Positions 1 through 10,123 of a DNA stretch of 64,000 bases are shown one piece after another. The notes beneath the pieces were generated by a model. It did not search any database, had not been told where the DNA came from, and saw only the letters and a program-made list of their open reading frames with translations. Both the position numbers and the translations under genes were made by a program. Source of the stretch: Lachnospiraceae bacterium. Its GTDB lineage: Bacteria > Bacteroidota > Bacteroidia > Bacteroidales > Bacteroidaceae. The DNA is taken from assembly GCA_963654295.1 (NCBI GenBank), contig CAVJZZ010000005.1, positions 6,890-70,889 of the forward strand. The letters run 5' to 3'. Position 1 is the stretch's first letter, and each line of letters opens with the position of its first letter.

Positions 1-2
1 TG

Positions 3-1328
3 AGCGGCTTCTTCGCTCCAGGCTACGACAAGATGGACATCGAGTGGACAGACCGTGCCCGCCAGCAGGAGAAAGGCTACACCTTCGAAAACCGTTATGC
101 CACCCTCACCTATAAGGAGAAGGGCAGTAGCACCGACTACCTGAGCGAGAACAAGGAGGAGACAGACAAGAACATCGAAGAGGCACTCGACTGGGTAGCA
201 TTCAAAAACCAGTTCTTCAGCGCCGTAATGATCTCGAAAGACGACTTCGCATCGGGTTCACGCCTCACCAGCGTGCCGCAGGAGAAAGGTTCGGGCTACC
301 TGAAGAACTATGGTGCCAAGATGAAAACCTCATTCGACCCCACTGGTCAGAAGCCTTCGGAGTTTGAATTCTACTACGGTCCCAACGACTTCCGCAAGCT
401 CATGAGCGTGGAAGAGGAAAACACTTTCGACAAAGATCTCGACATGCAGCGCCTGGTCTACCTGGGCTGGCCTTTGTTCCGTATCATCAACCGCTGGTTC
501 ACACTATACGTGTTCGACTGGCTCACCGCGATGAACATCAACATGGGTATCGTGCTCATCCTCATCACCCTGCTGCTCAAAGCAATTACCTATCCACTGG
601 TGAAGAAGAGCTACATGAGCAGTGCGAAGATGCGTGTGCTGAAGCCGAAACTCGACGAGGCTACCAAGCAATACGACAAACCCGAAGACGCCATGCAGAA
701 GCAGCAGGCGATGATGCAGCTCTACTCCCAATATGGCGTAAGTCCCCTCTCGGGATGTCTGCCCATGCTGATACAGATGCCTATCTGGATTGCAATGTTC
801 AACTTCGTGCCGAACGCCATCCAGTTGCGCGGCGAGAGCTTCCTGTGGATTAAGGACCTCTCCACCTACGACCCCATCGTGGAATGGGGCAGCAATATCT
901 GGCTCATCGGTGACCACCTGAGTCTCACGTGTATCCTGTTCTGTGTCGCCAACGTGCTCTACTCATGGATGACCATGCGCCAGCAGCGCGACCAGATGGT
1001 GGGTCAGCAGGCTGAACAGATGAAGATGATGCAGTGGATGATGTTCCTCATGCCTGTGATGTTCTTCTTCATGTTCAACGACTACAGCGCCGGACTCAAC
1101 TTCTACTACTTCGTCAGCCTCTTCTTCTCTGCCGCCATCATGTGGCTGCTCCGCAAGACAACCAACGACGAAAAACTGCTCGCCATCCTTGAGGCGAAAT
1201 ACAAGGAGAACAAGGGCAAACCCAAGAAAACGAGTGGACTCGCAGCCCGTCTCGAAGCCATGCAGAAGCAGCAACAGGAGATGATGCGCAAGCGTGAGGA
1301 ACTCGACCGAAAGAAGAAAGGTCTTTAA
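3..1328 (+). CDS. yidC: Membrane protein insertase YidC (5'-truncated by the window edge)
   Basis: Frame is open from position 3. Motifs WVAFKNQFF, FYYGPN, GCLPMLIQMPI, SFLWIKDLS, AGLNFYY. Confidence 0.96.
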   Translation, partial: SGFFAPGYDKMDIEWTDRARQQEKGYTFENRYATLTYKEKGSSTDYLSENKEETDKNIEEALDWVAFKNQFFSAVMISKDDFASGSRLTSVPQEKGSGYLKNYGAKMKTSFDPTGQKPSEFEFYYGPNDFRKLMSVEEENTFDKDLDMQRLVYLGWPLFRIINRWFTLYVFDWLTAMNINMGIVLILITLLLKAITYPLVKKSYMSSAKMRVLKPKLDEATKQYDKPEDAMQKQQAMMQLYSQYGVSPLSGCLPMLIQMPIWIAMFNFVPNAIQLRGESFLWIKDLSTYDPIVEWGSNIWLIGDHLSLTCILFCVANVLYSWMTMRQQRDQMVGQQAEQMKMMQWMMFLMPVMFFFMFNDYSAGLNFYYFVSLFFSAAIMWLLRKTTNDEKLLAILEAKYKENKGKPKKTSGLAARLEAMQKQQQEMMRKREELDRKKKGL

Positions 1329-1342
1329 TGACATACATTACC

Positions 1343-1379
1343 ATGAAGGGTCGGTAGCTGCCGACCCTTCATTTTGTTT
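1343..1379 (+). terminator. Intrinsic terminator after yidC
   Basis: ATGAAGGGTCGG/CCGACCCTTCAT stem followed by a T-rich tail. Confidence 0.75.
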
Positions 1380-1416
1380 CAAGGAAAAGAGAACAACAAC
1401 ACACATTCATATAAAG

Positions 1417-3582
1417 ATGCAAAAGACATTAGCAATCGCCGCAGCCATCACCATGGCATGCGGAACGCCCGCCGTTGCACAGGACGGGGTGAACATCGGC
1501 AAGAGCAACATCACGCTCAAGAGCGACCTGATGACACCCGAAGCTCTTTGGGCTATGGGACGCATCGGCACCGCCGTGCCTTCGCCCGACGGAAAGACCG
1601 TGGCCTACCAAGTGGGCTACTACAGCGTGAAAGAGAACAAGAGTCACCACGTGCTCTGCACCATGGGTGCCGACGGAAAGAACCAACGCCAGTTGACTAA
1701 CAGCGCAAAGAACGAGACCGACCCATCGTGGATAGAGGGCGGAAAACGCATCGCCTATCTATTCGAAGGACAAGTGTGGTCGATGAACCCAGACGGCACC
1801 GACCGCCGACAACTCTCACACGACAAGGACGGCATCGATGCCTACAGTTTCTCGCCAGACGGCAAACGCGTGATCCTCATCAAGTCGATGCCCTTCCACG
1901 AGATCATCAAGAAGAACCCCGACGACCTGCCCAAGGCTACCGGCAGACTGGTCACCGACCTGATGTACCGCCACTGGGACCACTACGTGGAAAGCATCCA
2001 GCATCCCTTCGTGGCTGAGGTGACAGCCGAAGGTATCGGTGCAGGCAAGGACTTGCTCGCTGGCGAGCCCTACGAGTGTCCAATGGAGCCCTTCGGCGGC
2101 ATTGAGCAGTTGGCGTGGAGCAGCGACTCCAAGCAGATTGCCTACACCTGCCGTAAGAAGACAGGACGCGACTATGCCATCTCTACCGACTCAGACATCT
2201 ATCTCTATGACATCGCCACGGGCAAGACACGCAACCTCTGCAAGCCTGCCGACTACAAACCCGTCAGCGTAGACGCCACCAAGTCGATGAAGCAGCAGAG
2301 CATCAACGCCCCCGAGATGATGAAATACAACATGGGCTATGACACCAACCCGCAGTTCTCGCCCGACGGCAAGTATGTGGCTTGGCAGAGCATGCCCCGC
2401 GACGGATATGAAAGCGACCGTAACCGCCTGTGCGTATACAACCTCGCCACAGGAGAGAAGACCTACGTCACGGAGTCGTTCGACTCCAACGTCGACGCCT
2501 TCTGCTGGACAGCCGACTCGAAAGGTTTCTACTTCACCGGCGTATGGCACGGATGCGAGAACATCTACCGCACCGACCTGAAAGGTGACGTGCATCAGCT
2601 GACTGACGGTTGGAACGACTACGGAAGCATCGCCCTGCTCGGGCAGAACGGCAAGAAGATTCTTGCCATGCGCCACTCCATGACGGTGCCCGACGATATC
2701 TATGTGGTCACTCCCGGAAAGGACAAGAAGGCTCGCGAGGAACAGATCTCGTTCGAGAACAAGCATATCCTCGACCAGTTGGCACTCGGAAATGTGCAGC
2801 AGCGATGGGTGAAGACTACCGACGGTAAGGACATGCTCGTGTGGATTGTGTTGCCTCCCCACTTCGATGCCAACAAGAAATACCCCACCCTGCTCTTCTG
2901 CGAGGGCGGACCACAGAGTCCTGTAAGCCAATTCTGGAGCTATCGTTGGAACATGCAGATTATGGCTGCCAACGGCTACATCGTCGTGGCTCCCAACCGT
3001 CACGGACTGCCAGGCTTCGGTTCTGAATGGAACGAGCAGGTCAGCGGCGACTGGACAGGTCAGTGCATGAACGACTATCTATCTGCCATCGACGATGCCT
3101 GCACGCTGCCCTATGTGGACAAGGACAAGTTGGGATGCGTGGGTGCCAGCTTCGGCGCTTTCTCTGTCTACTATCTGGCAGGTCATCACGACAAGCGCTT
3201 CAAGTGCTTCATCGCCCACGACGGAGCTTTCAACCTGGAGTCGATGTATACCGACACGGAGGAGGAATGGTTCAGCAACTGGGAGTATGAAGATGCTTAC
3301 TGGAACAAAGACCGCAGTGCGGCTGCCGCCAAGACCTATGAGAACTCGCCCCACAAGTTTGTAGACAAGTGGGACACGCCTATCCTCTGCATCCACGGCG
3401 AGAAGGACTACCGCATCAACGCAAACCAGGGCATGGGCGCCTTCAACGCAGCACGCATGCGCGGTATCCCAGCCGAATTGCTCATCTTCCCCGACGAGAA
3501 CCACTGGGTGCTCAAGCCCCAGAACGGCATCCTCTGGCAGCGCACCTATTTCGATTGGCTCGACCGCTGGCTGAAGAAGTAA
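1417..3582 (+). CDS. S9 family peptidase (dipeptidyl-peptidase 5-like), secreted
   Basis: ATG at 1417 gives a signal peptide (MQKTLAIAAAIT...AVA). SPDGK beta-propeller repeats, EGGPQ, nucleophile GASFG, HGEKDYR, FPDENH. Confidence 0.92.
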   Translation: MQKTLAIAAAITMACGTPAVAQDGVNIGKSNITLKSDLMTPEALWAMGRIGTAVPSPDGKTVAYQVGYYSVKENKSHHVLCTMGADGKNQRQLTNSAKNETDPSWIEGGKRIAYLFEGQVWSMNPDGTDRRQLSHDKDGIDAYSFSPDGKRVILIKSMPFHEIIKKNPDDLPKATGRLVTDLMYRHWDHYVESIQHPFVAEVTAEGIGAGKDLLAGEPYECPMEPFGGIEQLAWSSDSKQIAYTCRKKTGRDYAISTDSDIYLYDIATGKTRNLCKPADYKPVSVDATKSMKQQSINAPEMMKYNMGYDTNPQFSPDGKYVAWQSMPRDGYESDRNRLCVYNLATGEKTYVTESFDSNVDAFCWTADSKGFYFTGVWHGCENIYRTDLKGDVHQLTDGWNDYGSIALLGQNGKKILAMRHSMTVPDDIYVVTPGKDKKAREEQISFENKHILDQLALGNVQQRWVKTTDGKDMLVWIVLPPHFDANKKYPTLLFCEGGPQSPVSQFWSYRWNMQIMAANGYIVVAPNRHGLPGFGSEWNEQVSGDWTGQCMNDYLSAIDDACTLPYVDKDKLGCVGASFGAFSVYYLAGHHDKRFKCFIAHDGAFNLESMYTDTEEEWFSNWEYEDAYWNKDRSAAAAKTYENSPHKFVDKWDTPILCIHGEKDYRINANQGMGAFNAARMRGIPAELLIFPDENHWVLKPQNGILWQRTYFDWLDRWLKK

Positions 3583-3590
3583 TCAGTCAA

Positions 3591-3732
3591 GCTCAAGGGG
3601 GCGGCGAAGGCGCCACCCCTCCTAAGAAAAGTGTAGTAGTCGACGCGTCCCGGCGTCGACCCAAGCACAGAATAATGGCTTGTCAAGCATACTATACAAG
3701 CATAGGGGATGCAGCGAGGACGCTGCACCTAC
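3591..3732. repeat. REP/BIME-like cluster 1: class C (-, ~3591-3626), class A (+, 3633-3663), class B (-, 3705-3732)
   Basis: GTAGTAGTCGACGCGTCCCGGCGTCGACCCA and the reverse complement of GTAGGTGCAGCGTCCTCGCTGCATCCCC; both recur elsewhere in the window. Confidence 0.85.
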
Positions 3733-3772
3733 TAACACAGAATAATTAAAATAAAGAAAAGAGAATAAAAAC

Positions 3773-5140
3773 ATGACACAAGCAATCCAACAAAAACTTA
3801 GCGACTCTAAAGCCGCACGCTGGACAACCCTCCTCATCGTGAGCTTCACGATGATGTTCGGCTACTTCTTCACCGACGTGATGTCACCCCTCGAACCGTT
3901 GCTCACGGCAGCCCGCGAGAACGGAGGTCTCGGACTCGGATGGTCTTCAGACGAATACGGGTTCTTTTCGGGATCCTATGGTTACTTCAACGTATTCCTC
4001 CTGCTGCTCTTCTTCGGCGGCATCGTCCTCGACAAGTTCGGCATCCGCTTTACCGGTGTGATGTCTACCATCCTGATGTTCGTCGGCGCACTTATCAAAT
4101 GGTATGCCGTAGGACACGACTTCCCCGGCACCATCTCCGTGCCATTCTTCGGAGAATACCAAACACAGGTGGTCTATGCCGCTCTCGGTTTCGCCATCTA
4201 CGGTGTAGGTTGTGAGGTGGCAGGTATCACCGTGAGCAAGGTCATCGTCAAGTGGTTCACTGGTCACGAGCTGGCACTTGCTATGGGTCTGCAGGTAGCA
4301 TTGGCACGTATCGGCACCGCCGGTGCTCTCGCCTTCGCCTTGCCTTTTGCCAAAGCCATGGGCGGTGTGTCGGCATCGGTAGGACTGGGAGCCGCCATGC
4401 TCTGCGCCGGTGTGATTGCCTTCCTCGTCTACTGCGTGATGGACAAGCGCGAGGATGCCTCGGCAGCTGCTGCAGAGGCGGAACCGGAAGAAGGTTTCAA
4501 GTTCAGCGACCTGAAGAGTCTCGTCACCAACATGGGCTTCTGGTATGTGGCAGTACTCTGCCTGATGTTCTATGCCGGTGTGTTCCCCTTCCTGAAGTTC
4601 GCCACCAAGCTGATGGTGTTCAAATATGGTGTTGACGCCAGCGTTGCAGGTCTCATCCCCGCCATGCTTCCCTTCGGTACAATCTTCCTCACCCCATTCT
4701 TCGGCAGCATCTATGACAAGCACGGCAAAGGAGCCACGCTGATGATCATCGGCAGCTGTCTGCTCACCGTGGTGCACATTGTCTTCGCCCTCCCCTTCAA
4801 CGCATGGCCGCTCGCCATTGCTGTGATGATCGTGCTGGGCATCGCCTTCGGTCTTGTACCATCAGCCATGTGGCCCTCTGTGCCAAAGATTATCCCGATG
4901 AAACTTCTCGGCACAGCATACGCCCTCATCTTCTACATCCAGAACATCGGTCTCGCACTTGTGCCCGTTTGGATCGGCAAGGTAAACCAAGCCAACACTG
5001 CCGCAGACGGCAGCATCGACTACACACAGACGATGACCATCTTCGCCTGCTTCGGTTTGGTTGCCATCGTCATCTCCGTGCTGCTACTTTTAGAAGACCG
5101 CCGCAAGGGCTACGGACTTCAAAAACCCAACATCAAGTAA
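3773..5140 (+). CDS. MFS transporter
   Basis: About 12 hydrophobic segments; motif A-like GGIVLDKFGIR and GSIYDKHGK. Confidence 0.9.
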   Translation: MTQAIQQKLSDSKAARWTTLLIVSFTMMFGYFFTDVMSPLEPLLTAARENGGLGLGWSSDEYGFFSGSYGYFNVFLLLLFFGGIVLDKFGIRFTGVMSTILMFVGALIKWYAVGHDFPGTISVPFFGEYQTQVVYAALGFAIYGVGCEVAGITVSKVIVKWFTGHELALAMGLQVALARIGTAGALAFALPFAKAMGGVSASVGLGAAMLCAGVIAFLVYCVMDKREDASAAAAEAEPEEGFKFSDLKSLVTNMGFWYVAVLCLMFYAGVFPFLKFATKLMVFKYGVDASVAGLIPAMLPFGTIFLTPFFGSIYDKHGKGATLMIIGSCLLTVVHIVFALPFNAWPLAIAVMIVLGIAFGLVPSAMWPSVPKIIPMKLLGTAYALIFYIQNIGLALVPVWIGKVNQANTAADGSIDYTQTMTIFACFGLVAIVISVLLLLEDRRKGYGLQKPNIK

Positions 5141-5154
5141 TCATCCACACTACT

Positions 5155-5194
5155 AAAAAAAGGCTGTGCACCACCCGGAGCACAGCCTTTTTTT
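5155..5194. terminator. Bidirectional intrinsic terminator between the convergent MFS and GldB-like genes
   Basis: A-run + GGCTGTGC...GCACAGCC + T-run. Confidence 0.8.
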
Positions 5195-5306
5195 AGTAGT
5201 CGACGTGTCCTCACGTCGACCCAAAGGCATAAGTAAACCAATCGCTAGATCCACTACAGCGGATATACAAACGTAGGAGGCGATGCGCCCTTGCGTCGCC
5301 CTTAGC
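5194..5306 (+). repeat. REP-like cluster 2: class A (5194-5223) and class C (5273-5306)
   Basis: TAGTAGTCGACGTGTCCTCACGTCGACCCA; GTAGGAGGCGATGCGCCCTTGCGTCGCCCTTAGC. Confidence 0.85.
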
Positions 5307-5385
5307 AAATATGATACGCCCAAGAAATTTCAGTGGAAGAACATATATATAATAAGGTATAGGAAAAATAGCCTACCTCAGCCAA

Positions 5386-6183
5386 TCACTTGAACACAGA
5401 ATAATCGTTGCTTTCGAGTAGTTGCTCGACGCTCACATGAGGATGACTTTTCATGTAGCGGTCTATCTGTTTCACGTATGGCATCTTCCATACGGTCTTG
5501 CCCACAGCCTTGTTGGTCACCCACATCACCTTTGCCATGTGCAAGTCGCGTTCCAACTGGGTGCGACTCTCGAAGTCGGTCATGGGATAAAGGCTCAACA
5601 GATAGAAATTCAAACAGTCGGGCACAATATACTCACGCGTCATCTGGCGGCGTTGAGCATAACTAAAATAGCGGCGATAGAGCGGATAGTTTACACCGAG
5701 ATACTTGTCGAGCGAGAAACCGATGGTCTGGTCACCCACCACCACACTTTGATCGAGGGCGCCAATCTGTGCATAGACCATGGGTCGATGGAAATGCGAC
5801 AGTTCCTTGTCGAGATAACTAAACGCATCATTAAACGCATGGTTGATGTCATCCATGTTGGCATACTCAGCACCGATATCGGCGATAAGCGTCTGCAGCA
5901 CGGAGTCCTGAAAGAAATTGAGAAACTTAGTGCTTATCGAAGGATCGTCAATGGAGCCGATGCGTACCATTTTTTCAATAAGCGTGCGCGTCTCCATGGG
6001 ATAGTCTATGTTCATCTGCTGGAGCGCGGAGAAATCTCCCGTGGTAAGATAACGACCCTCCAGACGATCGTAACGTCTCACCTCTATGCGGGTGTCGTCA
6101 CCATCATCATTGAATGGTTTGAGCTTAAACTCGCACGACACGAGCGCCAAACCTATAAATATCATTAAGAATAGCCGTTTCAA
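5386..6183 (-). CDS. GldB-like lipoprotein
   Basis: TTG start, lipobox LVSC, EVRRYDR and IGFSLDKYLGVNYPLY resemble the Bacteroidetes GldB family. Confidence 0.7.
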   Translation of the reverse strand: MKRLFLMIFIGLALVSCEFKLKPFNDDGDDTRIEVRRYDRLEGRYLTTGDFSALQQMNIDYPMETRTLIEKMVRIGSIDDPSISTKFLNFFQDSVLQTLIADIGAEYANMDDINHAFNDAFSYLDKELSHFHRPMVYAQIGALDQSVVVGDQTIGFSLDKYLGVNYPLYRRYFSYAQRRQMTREYIVPDCLNFYLLSLYPMTDFESRTQLERDLHMAKVMWVTNKAVGKTVWKMPYVKQIDRYMKSHPHVSVEQLLESNDYSVFK

Positions 6184-6343
6184 TCTTACTTTATCCTTTT
6201 ACGTTTGCAAAATTAACACAAAAGATTTTAAATTCCAAACATTTGTGCTAAAAATCCTTACGTCATTCTGCATATGAGGAACATATACGGGGCACACACG
6301 AAAATATTAACTGGAATGTAACATGCATATGAAAAATTTTGTT

Positions 6344-6351
6344 TAATTTTG
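6344..6351 (+). promoter_or_regulatory. Bacteroidetes -7 promoter element for the TonB-dependent receptor gene
   Basis: TAATTTTG matches TAnnTTTG, 65 nt before the ATG; a divergent copy lies at 6208-6215. Confidence 0.6.
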
Positions 6352-6415
6352 CGGCATATTATTAAAAGAGAGGCGTTTACCTCTTGTTTACGTTTATAAA
6401 CACAAAAAAAAAGCT

Positions 6416-9400
6416 ATGAGCAAAAGATTGTTTCTTTTCTTCGCCCTGCTTGTTGCCTTCTCGGCAAGCATCATGGCTCAGGTGACCACATCAAGCATCA
6501 ACGGTAAGGTCACAGCCAGCAGCGAAGAAATCGTTGGGGCTACGGTTGTAGCCATCCACCAACCTTCAGGAACGCGTTACAACGCAGTGACTAACGAAAA
6601 AGGACGCTATTCTATCCAGGGTATGCGTGTAGGCGGTCCCTATCAGGTGAAGATCTCCTACATCGGCTACAAGGACGAGACGGTGAACAACGTTTATCTC
6701 TCACTGGGCGAGCCAAGTGTGTTCAACATCGACTTGAAGGAAGACTCCAAGCAGTTGGGTGAAGTAACCGTGACTGGAAAGTCGAAAGCCAACAACATCG
6801 GTGCGGCACAGAACTTCACACGCAACCAGATTGAGAATACGCCGACCGTGACCCGTAACATCTACGACGTGGCCACCATGTCACCACTGGTAACCACCAA
6901 CAAGTTTGGCGGTATCACCATCGCCGGCACCAACAACCGCTACAACTCATTCCAGATTGATGGTATGGTGAGCAATGATGTGTTTGGTCTTGCCAGCTCA
7001 GGAACCAACGGTGGACAGACCGGTACGAACCCTATCTCTATGGATGCCATCCAGGAAATTCAGGTAGTGGCTTCACCTTTCGACGTACGCCAGAGCGGTT
7101 TCACAGGCGGTGCCATCAACGCCATCACCAAGTCGGGAACCAACGAGTTCAAGGGAACAGCCTTCGGCTACTATACCGACCAGAACCTCTACGGTACCTG
7201 GAACCAGGTGCGTGAACAGAAACAGAAGCTCACAGAGGAGACCACCAAGACAGCCGGTTTCACTTTCGGCGGTCCGATTATCAAGGACAAACTCTTCTTT
7301 TTCACCTCTTTCGAATATAAGAAGAACAGTTATCCTTCTTCCTACTATCCCTCAGACACTTATTTCCTCTCACCCGAAGTGGCACAGCAGATTGCTGACC
7401 GCTATGAAGCAGCCACCGGCCACAAGGAGGCATTCACACAGCGCAACATCAACACACAGGGTATCTCGGTGCTCGGTCGTTTGGACTGGAACATCAACAA
7501 CAACAATAAACTCTCTGTGCGCTATCAGCTGAACGACTCGTACAAGGACGTATACGGCTCAGGCAACTATACCTACTACTTCAACAACAGTTCGTATAGA
7601 ATGAAAAACAAGACCAATTCGTTTGTTGCCGAGTTGAACTCACACATCAGCAACACCCTCTACAACGAGCTTCGTGCCGGTGCAACCTTCGTACGCGACA
7701 ACCGTGAGATTCCTTACGCTGGTCCTAACATCTATATCAACACTTCGAAGAAAGTGAATGTCGGTACAGAATACTCTTCAGGCGCCAACTATCTCCGCCA
7801 GGACATCTGGACACTGGAAGACAACCTCTCCATCTATTCGGGTAACCACACCATCACAGTGGGTACACACAACGAGATCTACAAGATGAAGAACCTCTTT
7901 ATCCAGGCTGCCTATGGTGAATATGTATATTCTTCTATCGACGATTTCCTCAACGACAAGGCAAGCTCGTTCGTCTACAACTATTCAGACGAGGCTCTGA
8001 CAGGCAGCAAGCAGTATGCTCCTGACTTCAAGGCTGGACAGTTTGGCGTATACGTGCAGGACAAATGGGATGCTTCCACACGCTTCCAGCTCACCTATGG
8101 TGCACGCTTTGATGTGCCTGTATACTTTAACTCTCCTTCTACCAACGAGACATTCAACACCAGCAACTACACATACCCCGGTGGTCCGGTGGTTGGTCAG
8201 GCACCCTACTCTCACGTGATGTTCTCACCCCGTTTGGGCTTCCGCTGGTATGTTACACCTGATCACCGCACCACGCTCCGTGGCGGTGTAGGCATCTTCA
8301 ACGGTCGTGCTCCATTCGTATGGATGGCAAACGCCTGGAACAATACGGGTATCGAACAGAAAGGTGTGACCATCTACAACACAGCAGACAACATTATCTC
8401 GTTCTCAAAATACGGAAGCAACGTAGACAAGCTTGTGGCTGACAACGCATCCAAAGGCAGGGGTTCTAACCCTGTGATCAACACCATTGACCGCCGCTTC
8501 AAGTTGCCACAGGTGTTCCGTGCCAACCTTGCTCTTGAGCAGATTCTCCCTGGCGACGTCAAGATGACCGTAGAAGGTCTCTACACCAAGAGCATCAACA
8601 ATGTATGGTTCCAGAACCTCTGTCTCCACGAGAACGGCAAGGTTTATGCCGTAAGTTCAGAATACCCCAACTCGGGAACCACCTACTTCAAGTCTGACAA
8701 CTATCCATTCAGCAAGATCATCCACACCACCAACACCAACAAGGGCTACAGCTATTCGGCAAGTGTGAAACTGGAAAAGAGCTTCAACTGGGGTCTTGAC
8801 CTCATGGCATCTTACACATTCGGACACTCTTACTCTGTGAACGACGGTACTTCATCAGTAGCTGCTTCCAACTGGAACTACAACTACAGTGTAGACCCGA
8901 CCCAGCAGAGCCTCACCCATGCCCTCTTCGACAAGCCTCACCGCATCGTGGCTATGGTTTCATACAACTCCAAGCGTTATGGCAACCGCCGCTGGCAGAC
9001 CCATGTAGGCTTGACCTATAACGGCTTCAGCGGTCAGCGCTACAGCCTTACCATGGCAGACAACGCTTCTGCATCGTTCAACGGTGAATATACCAAGGGC
9101 AACAGCTTGCTTTATATCCCGACAGACGAAGAGTTGAGCAAGATGACCTTCATGAAATCTGAAAAGAATGCCAGTGGCAATACCGTATACGTGGTAGATG
9201 CAAGCGGAGAACAAGCTGCCAAGTACAAAGCATGGATCGAGGGCGACAGCTACGCCAAGAACCATCGCGGACAGTATGCAGAGCGCAACTCTAACCTCGC
9301 ACACTGGGAGAACCACTTTGACTTGCATCTCTCACAGGACTTCTACTATCTGAGAGAGAAGGGAAGCAAGATCGAGTTGACATTCGATGTCATCAACGTG

Positions 9401-9595
9401 GCAAACATGATCAACAAGAACTGGGGTACTACCTACACGAGCGCATACAACTGCGACATCCTCACCGTCGTTGACACACCAAGCGACGGCAACGGCAACA
9501 AGTATGCACGCTATATGTTCTCCGGCAACAGTGTGAACAAGAGCGACGTGTCAAGCCGTTGGAACGCACAGATTGGTCTGCGCGTGACATTCTAA
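6416..9595 (+). CDS. TonB-dependent receptor (Oar-like, N-terminal carboxypeptidase-regulatory-like domain)
   Basis: Signal peptide; PISMDAIQEIQV, FDVRQSGFTGGAINAITKSGTNEFKG, GGPIIKDKLFFF; C-terminal GLRVTF. Confidence 0.92.
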   Translation: MSKRLFLFFALLVAFSASIMAQVTTSSINGKVTASSEEIVGATVVAIHQPSGTRYNAVTNEKGRYSIQGMRVGGPYQVKISYIGYKDETVNNVYLSLGEPSVFNIDLKEDSKQLGEVTVTGKSKANNIGAAQNFTRNQIENTPTVTRNIYDVATMSPLVTTNKFGGITIAGTNNRYNSFQIDGMVSNDVFGLASSGTNGGQTGTNPISMDAIQEIQVVASPFDVRQSGFTGGAINAITKSGTNEFKGTAFGYYTDQNLYGTWNQVREQKQKLTEETTKTAGFTFGGPIIKDKLFFFTSFEYKKNSYPSSYYPSDTYFLSPEVAQQIADRYEAATGHKEAFTQRNINTQGISVLGRLDWNINNNNKLSVRYQLNDSYKDVYGSGNYTYYFNNSSYRMKNKTNSFVAELNSHISNTLYNELRAGATFVRDNREIPYAGPNIYINTSKKVNVGTEYSSGANYLRQDIWTLEDNLSIYSGNHTITVGTHNEIYKMKNLFIQAAYGEYVYSSIDDFLNDKASSFVYNYSDEALTGSKQYAPDFKAGQFGVYVQDKWDASTRFQLTYGARFDVPVYFNSPSTNETFNTSNYTYPGGPVVGQAPYSHVMFSPRLGFRWYVTPDHRTTLRGGVGIFNGRAPFVWMANAWNNTGIEQKGVTIYNTADNIISFSKYGSNVDKLVADNASKGRGSNPVINTIDRRFKLPQVFRANLALEQILPGDVKMTVEGLYTKSINNVWFQNLCLHENGKVYAVSSEYPNSGTTYFKSDNYPFSKIIHTTNTNKGYSYSASVKLEKSFNWGLDLMASYTFGHSYSVNDGTSSVAASNWNYNYSVDPTQQSLTHALFDKPHRIVAMVSYNSKRYGNRRWQTHVGLTYNGFSGQRYSLTMADNASASFNGEYTKGNSLLYIPTDEELSKMTFMKSEKNASGNTVYVVDASGEQAAKYKAWIEGDSYAKNHRGQYAERNSNLAHWENHFDLHLSQDFYYLREKGSKIELTFDVINVANMINKNWGTTYTSAYNCDILTVVDTPSDGNGNKYARYMFSGNSVNKSDVSSRWNAQIGLRVTF

Positions 9596-9704
9596 CCCAG
9601 ATTCCATCACAACGAACATACATCAAGAGAAGTTATTGTCTTGCGCATGCAGGCAATAACTTCTTTTTGATTGACACTAAACAGTAACCAACAAAGACAA
9701 AGAG

Positions 9705-10037
9705 ATGATTATAGATTTCAACAACATTGAAGAGCAAGCGTTGCAAAACTTCAAGAGCGGCAACGGTGAACTCGACACACGCAACTATGTAGACGGCAAA
9801 TGCAAAATCATGATGAGCCGATTGAAACCGGGAGCCAACAGCGGCTATCACAAGCATGAAGGCAACTGCGAGATTGTCTACATCATCAGCGGCAAGGGAC
9901 ACTTCGTCTATGACGACACGGAAGAAGTCGTGAAGGCAGGCGACACACACTACTGCCCCATGGACCACAACCACGCCATGTATAACGATGGTGATGAAGA
10001 CCTGGTGTATCTCGCCATCGTGCCGGAACACCACTAA
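9705..10037 (+). CDS. Cupin domain protein
   Basis: GYHKH...EIVYIISGKG and GD...P..HNH cupin motifs. Confidence 0.9.
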   Translation: MIIDFNNIEEQALQNFKSGNGELDTRNYVDGKCKIMMSRLKPGANSGYHKHEGNCEIVYIISGKGHFVYDDTEEVVKAGDTHYCPMDHNHAMYNDGDEDLVYLAIVPEHH

Positions 10038-10050
10038 GAACAACAAGAAA

Positions 10051-10096
10051 CAACGTGAAAGCCCCGCACCTTCAAAAGTGCGGGGCTTTCACGTTG
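10051..10096. terminator. Perfect 19-bp hairpin between convergent genes (probable terminator)
   Basis: CAACGTGAAAGCCCCGCAC-N8-GTGCGGGGCTTTCACGTTG. Confidence 0.75.
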
Positions 10097-10123
10097 TATA
10101 GAGAACAGCAGCAGGAAGTCCAC

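Noticed and set aside
3369..3849. Short ORFs across REP clusters (also 29276-29536 and 33816-34049)
   Set aside because: Their shared VVVDAS-like peptides come from translating the hairpin repeats.
5422..6168. 248-aa plus-strand ORF and similar long antisense ORFs (e.g. 10514-11662, 30434-31531, 57802-58875)
   Set aside because: These are shadow frames opposite well-supported genes and have no recognisable motifs.
5386..6183. GldB-like gene as evidence of gliding motility
   Set aside because: No other gld or spr genes are in the window, and GldB-like proteins also occur in non-gliding Bacteroidales.
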